This document shows positions 49,971 through 57,930 of a stretch of 64,000 nt of DNA, one piece after another; position 1 is the first letter of the stretch; every line of letters starts with the position of its first letter. The notes beneath the pieces were generated by a model. That model was not told the DNA's origin. It searched no databases and saw only the letters and a list, made by a program, of their open reading frames with translations. The position numbers and the translations under genes are program-made. Origin of the DNA: an uncultured Prevotella sp. (GTDB lineage Bacteria > Bacteroidota > Bacteroidia > Bacteroidales > Bacteroidaceae); NCBI GenBank assembly GCA_900554835.1, contig USJD01000001.1:24758-88757 (forward strand). The letters are read 5' to 3'.

Positions 49971-52802
49971 TTGGCGAAAGCGCAAAAAACACAGCAATTT
50001 ATATATAAAATTAATTCAAGCTTATTAAAACAAAATAATTGGGACTTAAATTTGCCCTTATCAGATGCAAGAAAGATTCCCGGAGTGGTTGTTTCTTTAG
50101 CTGACTCACAAATTTTGACTTGGATTAATGAATTAAATGGAACAGAAGATTATGATTTTAAAGCAAAACAGATCAAAAAAGAAATAAAAGAGATTAAAAA
50201 ACAGCCAAATAGTACAGAAAATAAAGAAGAAGTTTCAAAAAAATATAAGGATTTATATGAACTACAGTTTAAAAAAGACTATTTGTGCTTAGTAATAGAT
50301 AAAAAAGGTGATTATGATAGAGCTAATCAGGGGTTTAAAATAAATGGCATTCCATATAAACGCCTTATTTGTACGACAAATGGTGTAAAAACATCTAGTG
50401 TTGTTTATGCTGCAGATAGATTTGTTGAATATAATGGTAGCATGATTAATATTCATGATGAACTAAAAAGGCGCATAGAAAATGGTAGAAATACATCAGT
50501 TAAATTGTCTCCTGCTAAATATGGGGCCTACGAATCTCTGGCTGCAAGTGCTTCTATACCCGTTAGTTGGCCGAGAACTGGGGATAATAAAATTCCCGGA
50601 GGTATAATCGTAGTTAAGGATTGCATTGTCCATTTTAAAACTGATTTTATAGAGATTGATGATAGCGATCCTACAAAAGAACCAAAAGTTACTGAAAAGC
50701 ATAATGAAGATTTTGAAAATAATATGTCTGATGGGTGTTCAATGATGCTCCCCCATTTGTCAAAAAGATGGAATGGTGAACTGAATGGAGATCCAGAGCA
50801 TACAATGAGTGGATGTAATATGCGTTGCGCATTCACAAAAGGTATGGCTTTGACTTTTGATTTTATAAAATTTGCGGAAGAAGTTGTTGGTGCTTCTGAA
50901 AATTGTCCTGAAAAATATTTAATTAAGGATTATTGGGGGCAAGAAAGAGACATCAGAGATGCAGATTTAATATTGACTGAAAGTCAGCTTAAATTATGCG
51001 GAAGTTATTCTTCATGGGAAGATTATTATCAAAAATGTATTGAAAATAAATATACTTTAAGAGTTACAAAGACTTCTGAAGAAGAAAATGATGATATAAG
51101 ACAATTAAATTATCAATTTATCCAATCTTTAAACCTTACAGATGAGGATATTGATGAGCTTGTCTCCCCTACTGTTAATGAAATAAAAGACATTATGGGG
51201 TTAGACCCTCGAAAAAGTATAGCTTATTTATGCGGCAAAGGTTTGAATGAAAATAATGTTATGAGTGCGGATAATATTGCAAAAGCACTTATGATTGATA
51301 AAAATACGATAAATGACCCTTATATTCGCTCAAAAATCAAAAAAATGATTAATAGGCGCATAAAAGATGCTAAAATTGGGGTTTTGGACTTACATGGCAA
51401 CTTTCAAATTCTTTCAGGGGACTTATATGCTCTTTGTGAGAGTATGTTCGGGTTAGAACCTCATGGGATTTTAGATGCAGGAGAAATTTATAGCAAATAT
51501 TGGTATGATGAGGGTGTTGATAGAGTGCTTTGTTTTAGAGCTCCAATGAGCAATGCTCACTCAATAGTGGCTCAGAATATTTGTAAAAAACAAAAAGCTC
51601 TTTACTGGTTTCAATATATTGATACCTGTATAGTTGTTAATGGTTGGGACACTATGCCAGCGGCGCTAAATGGCTTTGATTTTGATGGAGATCTTTTATT
51701 TACAACAAATAATGCTCCTTTAATGAGAAGACAAACTAATCTTCCTGCTTTAAATTGTATACAGACTAAGGCTCCCAAAAAGATTGTGACAGAAGATGAT
51801 GTAATTGCATCTAATAAGGCTGGATTTGGTAGCAAAATTGGTTCTATAACAAATAAAATTACTCAAATGACAAGTTTAATGGCAAATTATGCTCCCGGCA
51901 GCAAAGAGTACGAAGCTCTTAGATATAGAACTCAATGTGGGCAGGCATTGCAACAAAGAGAGATTGACAAGGCAAAAGGAATTTTACCTATCCCGATGCC
52001 TAAAGAATGGCATAATTATGGAGCAAATATTATTCAATCTGATGATTCTGAGGAAATTCAAGAACAAAAACGCTTTAATCAGAGGATTTGTGCTCATAAA
52101 AAGCCTTATTTCTTCATATATAACTATGATGCAGAAAGAATTAATTATCAAAAATTTATTGAAGAAGCGAACTCAAAATCAACCAGTTTATATGGAATTT
52201 CGTTTGAGGAAATGTTAAAATTGGGCGATTTAGATGGTGAAACTGAGAAATTTGTTAATTATTGTTCTGCAAAATGCCCAATTGATATGTCCCCTTCTAC
52301 TATGAATCGTATATGTCATAAAATAGAGAGTGAATTTAAAGAAAATTTTTCGTGTGAGGATGTTGAATTTGATTATACAATTTATAAATCAAAAAATGAT
52401 GTAAAAAGAGCTTCGTATGCTGAAATAAAATCCTTGTGCGAACATTATTTAATGGATTTAAAGACCTTGAATAGTAGAAAAGTTAATAATGAAGAAGAAA
52501 GAAAAGTACTTTTAGCGGATAAAGATAGACTTCTTGAAACTCTTGTAGAAGATGTTACCTCTGTTTGTCCTAATGAAGAATCTCTATGTGATATACTTTT
52601 AGACATTTGTTATAGCGGCAAGATGAGTAAAAGTATAGTTTGGGATATTTGTGGAGGACAAATTATTAAAAATATGTTAGAAAAGCATGATTATACTTTG
52701 ACATATCCTGAAAAATGTGGAGAAGCAGATTTTTGGTGTTGCGGTACTAAATTTTCTAATAAAACTATAAAAATTGGAGGTGACGGTATAGATGAAGTTT
52801 AA
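49971..52802 (+). CDS. YonO-like single-subunit two-barrel DNA-dependent RNA polymerase
   Basis: 943 aa, TTG start after GGAGTGA. VLCFRAPMSNAHSIVAQNI..ALNGFDFDGDLLF parallels the beta-prime double-psi barrel (NRAPTLH..NADFDGD); DFDGD is encoded at 51678-51692. Confidence 0.6.
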   Translation: MAKAQKTQQFIYKINSSLLKQNNWDLNLPLSDARKIPGVVVSLADSQILTWINELNGTEDYDFKAKQIKKEIKEIKKQPNSTENKEEVSKKYKDLYELQFKKDYLCLVIDKKGDYDRANQGFKINGIPYKRLICTTNGVKTSSVVYAADRFVEYNGSMINIHDELKRRIENGRNTSVKLSPAKYGAYESLAASASIPVSWPRTGDNKIPGGIIVVKDCIVHFKTDFIEIDDSDPTKEPKVTEKHNEDFENNMSDGCSMMLPHLSKRWNGELNGDPEHTMSGCNMRCAFTKGMALTFDFIKFAEEVVGASENCPEKYLIKDYWGQERDIRDADLILTESQLKLCGSYSSWEDYYQKCIENKYTLRVTKTSEEENDDIRQLNYQFIQSLNLTDEDIDELVSPTVNEIKDIMGLDPRKSIAYLCGKGLNENNVMSADNIAKALMIDKNTINDPYIRSKIKKMINRRIKDAKIGVLDLHGNFQILSGDLYALCESMFGLEPHGILDAGEIYSKYWYDEGVDRVLCFRAPMSNAHSIVAQNICKKQKALYWFQYIDTCIVVNGWDTMPAALNGFDFDGDLLFTTNNAPLMRRQTNLPALNCIQTKAPKKIVTEDDVIASNKAGFGSKIGSITNKITQMTSLMANYAPGSKEYEALRYRTQCGQALQQREIDKAKGILPIPMPKEWHNYGANIIQSDDSEEIQEQKRFNQRICAHKKPYFFIYNYDAERINYQKFIEEANSKSTSLYGISFEEMLKLGDLDGETEKFVNYCSAKCPIDMSPSTMNRICHKIESEFKENFSCEDVEFDYTIYKSKNDVKRASYAEIKSLCEHYLMDLKTLNSRKVNNEEERKVLLADKDRLLETLVEDVTSVCPNEESLCDILLDICYSGKMSKSIVWDICGGQIIKNMLEKHDYTLTYPEKCGEADFWCCGTKFSNKTIKIGGDGIDEV

Positions 52803-53688
52803 TTTTAATGAAAAAAGTAGAATTTATAACATTATAGAAGATGGTAATGTTGAAGGGTTAAGTGAAAATAAAGCTATTTGGAATGCCGCAATTTATTATA
52901 CACAATTAAATCCGGTTGATCCGCAGGACGTGTTCTGGGAAATTGTTAAATTTATGGAAAAGCATTATCAAGGGTTTATGTATCAGGGATATGTAAATAT
53001 TATTAATAAGGATATTAATAAGGCTTATAAATATAGAATCAAGGATGTCAATCTGATTAATATTACTAAAAAGGAAATGGATAAAATTATGTCCCTTGGT
53101 GATATTAAAAAAGAAAAAATTGCATTTGTAGTATTAGCTTTAGCTAAGTATCAAAATGCTGAGAGTCAAAGAGATAATGATACCTTTTATGCAAAGACCT
53201 CTGAAATTTTTAAATTTGCAAGAGTCTCAATACCTGCGAAAGAAAGAGATCTATATTTTGGATTTGCATATAGAGAAGGAATCCTTAAACAGAATTTTAG
53301 TATTGGATATAATGCCTTGACTGCCGCTTTTGTGGATCATGAGGAGGAAGAAGTTGTTCTTACCCTTGATGAATATGATTATTTAGAGCTTGCTTATGCC
53401 TTTTTGAATTATAAGAATGGTGGCTATAAGAGGTGCAAAACTTGTGGAAGATGGTTTAGGGTAAGAAATAATGCAATGCAATATTGTAGTATTCATAGAG
53501 AAAATTATGAGCCAATGGGTATTAAAGAAATTGAATGTATTGAATGTGGAACTCATTTTATTGTAGCATCTTCTAATAAGAGAAGCTGTAGATGTGAAGA
53601 ATGTCAGCATCAAAAGCAGTTAGAGTATCAGAGAAATGCAATGATGAAAAATAGAAAGGTTGCAATGAGTGATAATGGAAATTTATAA
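52792..53688 (+). CDS. hypothetical protein with C-terminal double zinc-ribbon module
   Basis: 298 aa; overlaps the RNAP stop; its C-terminus IECIECGTHF..CRCEECQHQKQLEYQRN matches the C-terminus of the downstream GIY-YIG protein. Confidence 0.55.
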   Translation: MKFNFNEKSRIYNIIEDGNVEGLSENKAIWNAAIYYTQLNPVDPQDVFWEIVKFMEKHYQGFMYQGYVNIINKDINKAYKYRIKDVNLINITKKEMDKIMSLGDIKKEKIAFVVLALAKYQNAESQRDNDTFYAKTSEIFKFARVSIPAKERDLYFGFAYREGILKQNFSIGYNALTAAFVDHEEEEVVLTLDEYDYLELAYAFLNYKNGGYKRCKTCGRWFRVRNNAMQYCSIHRENYEPMGIKEIECIECGTHFIVASSNKRSCRCEECQHQKQLEYQRNAMMKNRKVAMSDNGNL

Positions 53689-54388
53689 TGACACCTATTG
53701 TGTTTATATGCATACCAATAAAATCAATGGTAAAAAATATGTGGGACAAACGAAATATGGAGACGATCCAAATAAACGTTGGCGTAATGGATTAGGGTAT
53801 GAATTATCTTCATATTTTTATCATGCTATTCAAAAATATGGTTGGGATAATTTTGAGCATGAAGTCATTGCTTCAAATTTAACTCAGGAAGAAGCTAATC
53901 ATTTTGAAGAATTATTAATAGAAAAATTAGAAACTACAAATCCAGATAAGGGATATAATTTAAAATCTGGTGGAGAGAATCATATTCGTTCTGAGTCTTC
54001 TATATTAAAGCAAATTTCTTCTATGCAAAATACAATAAGAAGAAGACATAAAGAGCAGTCTTTTGAAAAATATCAAGAAAGATTTAATAATGGAGATCCT
54101 GCCATAAGAAAGTGTTCACAATGCGGAGCATTATTTGAAATTAAATTAAAGTGGAACAAACTTCATACTAAGATGATTCCATATTCTAATAAAATTAAAA
54201 AATGTGAAGATTGCAGAAAGTGTGTGCCAGCTCAAAATAAAGTGATTGTTTGCATTGATTGTGGAATTGATGTAGTTATTAATCCATTGGCAACAGCAAC
54301 TTGTAGATGTGAAAAATGTCAAACGGAGCATAACAAATTGATTAATAGAGAGAGACAAAAGCGATGGTACAATAAAAATGTGAAGTGA
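53669..54388 (+). CDS. GIY-YIG homing endonuclease
   Basis: 239 aa; YCVYMHTNKINGKKYVGQT..RWRNG..YGWDNFEHEV is the GIY-YIG core; C-terminal zinc-ribbon DNA-binding module. Confidence 0.8.
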   Translation: MIMEIYNDTYCVYMHTNKINGKKYVGQTKYGDDPNKRWRNGLGYELSSYFYHAIQKYGWDNFEHEVIASNLTQEEANHFEELLIEKLETTNPDKGYNLKSGGENHIRSESSILKQISSMQNTIRRRHKEQSFEKYQERFNNGDPAIRKCSQCGALFEIKLKWNKLHTKMIPYSNKIKKCEDCRKCVPAQNKVIVCIDCGIDVVINPLATATCRCEKCQTEHNKLINRERQKRWYNKNVK

Positions 54389-54400
54389 TTTGTCAATTCG

Positions 54401-54415
54401 ACAGCACAAAATTAA
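54401..54415 (+). promoter_or_regulatory. 15-nt motif ACAGCACAAAATTAA
   Basis: 12 nt after the GIY-YIG stop and directly upstream of the terminator at 54421-54449. Confidence 0.5.
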
Positions 54416-54420
54416 TGTCA

Positions 54421-54449
54421 AAAATGCAAGGTATTCTCTTGCATTTTTG
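54421..54449 (+). terminator. intrinsic terminator
   Basis: ATGCAAG-GTATTCT-CTTGCAT followed by TTTT. Confidence 0.6.
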
Positions 54450-54542
54450 GCACTTTAGCTAACTAAAGTTGGGGCAAAATAGTAATGATATAAGGATATG
54501 CCTTGTATTAAACTAATAAAAACAATAACGGAGGTACAAAGA

Positions 54543-55169
54543 ATGGACGAACTATTAAGTAATGTATTGGTGGGAGTTCCTGAACCTATTGCGAATCTAC
54601 AATTACCTGATCCAAATCTCAGGGATTACTATAGGGATGAGCAAGATAGAATTTATTGGCTAGATAGTCAGATTTCTGATAATAGTCTTGATCTTGTAGA
54701 ATTTATTATGAAATGCAACAAAGAAGATGCTGGTAAATCTGCGGAAGAAAGAAAACGTATTCTTGTTATGATAGATTCCCCCGGTGGTTCAGTCGAGTGT
54801 GAACAGTCAATAATTGGAGCAATGAGAATTAGTCAGACTCCTGTTTGGACATGCGTATATTGCACAGCATATTCTGCTGCAGCAGATATACTTACATGTG
54901 GACATAAGCGTTTAGCTCTTCCCGGTACTGCTGTAATGTTTCATGCGGGTTCTGGAAGGTACGAAGGTACTCAGGCACAGATTGAATCAGCTAAGAACTT
55001 TTTTGATAAGATGAATAAGAGTATTAATGAGTACGTCTATAGTAGGACAAATTTTGATACGAAGATGAAGAATAAGCTTAAGAAGGATGACGTTTATATG
55101 AATGAAGAAGATGCATTAACTAATGGGGTAATCGATGGAATTATTAAGTCATTCGATGAACTATTTTAA
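54543..55169 (+). CDS. ClpP-family serine protease-like protein (start trimmed)
   Basis: ORF 54498..55169 trimmed to MDELLSN after GGAGG; VMIDSPGGSV, CTAYSAAADIL and MFHAGSG align with ClpP motifs. Confidence 0.6.
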   Translation: MDELLSNVLVGVPEPIANLQLPDPNLRDYYRDEQDRIYWLDSQISDNSLDLVEFIMKCNKEDAGKSAEERKRILVMIDSPGGSVECEQSIIGAMRISQTPVWTCVYCTAYSAAADILTCGHKRLALPGTAVMFHAGSGRYEGTQAQIESAKNFFDKMNKSINEYVYSRTNFDTKMKNKLKKDDVYMNEEDALTNGVIDGIIKSFDELF

Positions 55170-55186
55170 TGCAAGGGAGGGTTTGT

Positions 55187-55897
55187 ATGGCTACAAAGAA
55201 AAAGGCTGTTACAAATGAGCATGGCGAAGCACCAAAGAATATAAATGAACATCCGTTTTATGGATTAATGTTAGATGATGAACAAAAAGAATTTGTAAAT
55301 GCTATTTTAAATCCAGATAAATTAATTGTTTTTGCAAATGCAAGAGCTGGTACTGGTAAGACACTTATGGCAGTAGCGGCAGCGAATCTTTTGGTTCAGC
55401 ATGGAGAATATGATGGAATAGTATATATAGTTAGTCCTGTACAGGAGGCTAAACTTGGATTCCTTCCCGGTAGTGTGGATGAAAAAATTTCTATTTATAC
55501 CGCTCCATTGTATGATGCTTTAGTAAAGCTTGGGATTAATCCCTATACTACGGTTATTCAAGAGGGCGTAGAAAATCAAAAGAATGGAACCGCTTATATT
55601 GATTGCATTTCTCATGTTTATTTAAGAGGTTGTAATTTAGAAAATAAGGTGATTATAATTGAAGAAAGTCAGAATATGTATCTTGATGAATTAAAGAAAG
55701 TGTTAACAAGAATTTCTGATACTTCTAAGACAATTGTTATTGGACATAGTGGGCAATGCGATCTATATTATCACCCTGAAAATAGTGGGTTTGTTAGATA
55801 TATAGAACATTATAGAAATGAACCTTATGCTCAGATATGCAATCTAACTATAAATCATAGAGGCATTGTGAGTACTAAAGCGGATGAATTGGAATAA
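55187..55897 (+). CDS. phoH: PhoH-like ATPase (start trimmed)
   Basis: ORF 55169..55897 trimmed to MATKKKAV after GGGAGGG; Walker A ARAGTGKT, IIIEESQN, VIGHSGQCDL. Confidence 0.75.
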   Translation: MATKKKAVTNEHGEAPKNINEHPFYGLMLDDEQKEFVNAILNPDKLIVFANARAGTGKTLMAVAAANLLVQHGEYDGIVYIVSPVQEAKLGFLPGSVDEKISIYTAPLYDALVKLGINPYTTVIQEGVENQKNGTAYIDCISHVYLRGCNLENKVIIIEESQNMYLDELKKVLTRISDTSKTIVIGHSGQCDLYYHPENSGFVRYIEHYRNEPYAQICNLTINHRGIVSTKADELE

Positions 55898-55914
55898 ATA
55901 GGAGGAACAAGAAA

Positions 55915-56100
55915 ATGAGTAAAGCAGCATTTAGTCGTAAATATACTTTGAATGCCACGGGCATTCTTTCAATAGAAGATGATATTGTCGCAATAGAGAA
56001 TCCTGATACTGGAGAACTCATACCTCTATCTGATTTAATGGCTGATTTTAAAGACAAGACTTGTAAACTCAGTCTGAATTATGATGAAGACTATGAGTAA
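55915..56100 (+). CDS. hypothetical protein (61 aa)
   Basis: ORF track; TAGGAGG RBS. Confidence 0.5.
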   Translation: MSKAAFSRKYTLNATGILSIEDDIVAIENPDTGELIPLSDLMADFKDKTCKLSLNYDEDYE

Positions 56101-56114
56101 GGCGGTGTACATAG

Positions 56115-56411
56115 ATGATCCTAAAAAAGAAAGATATTGTTGATGAGTTAAGCAAGAGAACTAAATTTTATAAGAACTCAACAGAACGTTTTGTAAGTGC
56201 TCTTGAAGATATGATTATTGAATATCTTAATCAGGCAGAGGTAGATGATAATGTTGAAATTCAAATTGCTAAGGGGTTAATAATAGGGTCACGTAGAGTT
56301 CCTGAGCATGAGGCAAAAGATCCTAGAAATCAGGATGATGTTATTGTTCCTGAGAGAGTCCTCCCCTACGCAAGATTTACAGATACCTTTAAGCAAAAAA
56401 TAAACGAGTGA
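56115..56411 (+). CDS. HU/IHF-family DNA-binding protein
   Basis: 98 aa; KKDIVDELSKRT..F..ALEDMI.., arm region RRVPEHEAKDPRNQDDVIVPERVLPYARF matches the HU beta-arm pattern (R.NP.T...I....VP.F). Confidence 0.7.
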   Translation: MILKKKDIVDELSKRTKFYKNSTERFVSALEDMIIEYLNQAEVDDNVEIQIAKGLIIGSRRVPEHEAKDPRNQDDVIVPERVLPYARFTDTFKQKINE

Positions 56412-56422
56412 GAGGTATAAAT

Positions 56423-57616
56423 ATGGAATATAAGAGATTTGAGAATGAAGCAGAAGATTCGTATATTTTAAGGATATGTGAGATGAAGCAAACTCAGGGC
56501 TGGACGTGGCAAGACATCGCGGATATTTTGAATGATGCTCTTGGACATAATTTTGATGAGAGCAGATATAGAAAGCAGTATCAATCTTACTCTAAAATGC
56601 TTGAGGCTAATGAGGACAAGATTTTTACTGATGATGAATACCTGAAGAAAATTCGTGAAGAAAAAGATGAATTATATAAAGCCAAGAAACAGTTTCAAGA
56701 CCAAAGGCGTGAATATAATAAGATTCTTGCCATGGACGCACGTTCTGACCATTTAACGGAAGAGCTTATCAAGGCTGCGAATAGATTAAATTCTGAAAAG
56801 CAACTCGGGATGGATAATGTAAGTTTTTATATGAATTCTGAGAATGATGCAGTTCTTTGCTTGACGGATTGGCACTATGGAATGGTGACTGATAATATTT
56901 GGAATAAATTTGATGTGGCTACATGTGTTGAAAGAGTTAATACGTTGTGTGCGAAGTGCAAGGAGTATTTAAGCTTACATAATGTGAATAGGCTTCATGT
57001 TCTATTGCTTGGAGATTTTATTTCAGGGGCAATTCATTCAACGGTTAGGGTTGCTTCTGAGGAAGATTGTTGTGACCAGTTGATTCATGTTACTGAATTG
57101 ATTGCAGAATTTATTGATGAAGTTTCGACTAAAGTTAATGAAGTTCATGTCTATTCTACTTATGGCAATCATGCAAGAACTGTGCAGAAGAAAGACGATA
57201 GTATTCATTCAGATAATATGGAGAAAGTCATTCCTTGGTGGCTTAATCAAAGATTTATAAATAGCAAAAAGGTATTTATACAAAGCAATGATTTTTATGA
57301 GTTTATTTATTTGAATGTTCTTGGACATGATATTATTGGTGTTCATGGTGATTTAGATAGGTTTGAAAAGATAGGCATGGATATGCATACATTATTCCAT
57401 AAGCAATATGGGTTTGATGTTGAATATACATTTAGTGGAGATAAGCATCATCTTGACTCAAATGACCCTTATGGCATAGAGAATGTGTTGGTCAGATCAT
57501 TATGTGGTACTGATAATTATGCAAATAATAAGAGACTATACTCTAAAGCTGGACAAACTTTATGTATTTTTAATCAGGAAGATGGTAAGGTTTGTACTTA
57601 TAACATAGCATTTTAA
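56423..57616 (+). CDS. calcineurin-like metallophosphoesterase (SbcD/Mre11-style motifs) with N-terminal helical extension
   Basis: ORF 56408..57616 trimmed to MEYKRFEN; motifs LTDWHYG, LLGDFISG, YGNHAR, GVHGD, SGDKHH. Confidence 0.65.
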   Translation: MEYKRFENEAEDSYILRICEMKQTQGWTWQDIADILNDALGHNFDESRYRKQYQSYSKMLEANEDKIFTDDEYLKKIREEKDELYKAKKQFQDQRREYNKILAMDARSDHLTEELIKAANRLNSEKQLGMDNVSFYMNSENDAVLCLTDWHYGMVTDNIWNKFDVATCVERVNTLCAKCKEYLSLHNVNRLHVLLLGDFISGAIHSTVRVASEEDCCDQLIHVTELIAEFIDEVSTKVNEVHVYSTYGNHARTVQKKDDSIHSDNMEKVIPWWLNQRFINSKKVFIQSNDFYEFIYLNVLGHDIIGVHGDLDRFEKIGMDMHTLFHKQYGFDVEYTFSGDKHHLDSNDPYGIENVLVRSLCGTDNYANNKRLYSKAGQTLCIFNQEDGKVCTYNIAF

Positions 57617-57617
57617 T

Positions 57618-57632
57618 ACAATACAAAATTAT
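57618..57632 (+). promoter_or_regulatory. 15-nt motif variant ACAATACAAAATTAT
   Basis: 2 nt after the stop of 56423..57616 and directly upstream of the terminator at 57638-57667. Confidence 0.4.
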
Positions 57633-57637
57633 TTATT

Positions 57638-57667
57638 CGGCAGTAATTATACTTTACTGCCGTTTTG
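57638..57667 (+). terminator. intrinsic terminator
   Basis: CGGCAGTAA-loop-TTACTGCCG followed by TTTTGTT. Confidence 0.65.
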
Positions 57668-57693
57668 TTATATTGAAAGGAAGAAAAAGACAA

Positions 57694-57891
57694 ATGGAAG
57701 AAAAGAAAGCAAAATTGATATTTAATGCTGGGCTATGTAGAGCCCTTCTGAAGCGTAATTGTAATCTTATTGATATAAAACCAGATAGGGATAACCCTGT
57801 TAAGAGTGTTTTTGTCTTTGAGAGAAATGAAACTTTTGAAAAGGCATTTGCAGAAATTAATGATGAATTAAAGGCTAAAGAGGCAGAATAA
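57694..57891 (+). CDS. hypothetical protein (start trimmed)
   Basis: ORF 57673..57891 trimmed to MEEKKAKLIF. Confidence 0.5.
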   Translation: MEEKKAKLIFNAGLCRALLKRNCNLIDIKPDRDNPVKSVFVFERNETFEKAFAEINDELKAKEAE

Positions 57892-57930
57892 TGCCTCTTT
57901 AAAAAATACTAAACGAAGGGAGGAAGAGCG

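Noticed and set aside
57879-57905. Hairpin AGAGGCA-GAATAA-TGCCTCT as the terminator of 57694..57891
   Set aside because: The stem includes the stop codon and is followed by TTAAAAAA rather than a U-tract. It may still act weakly or bidirectionally, but the support is too poor to list as a feature.
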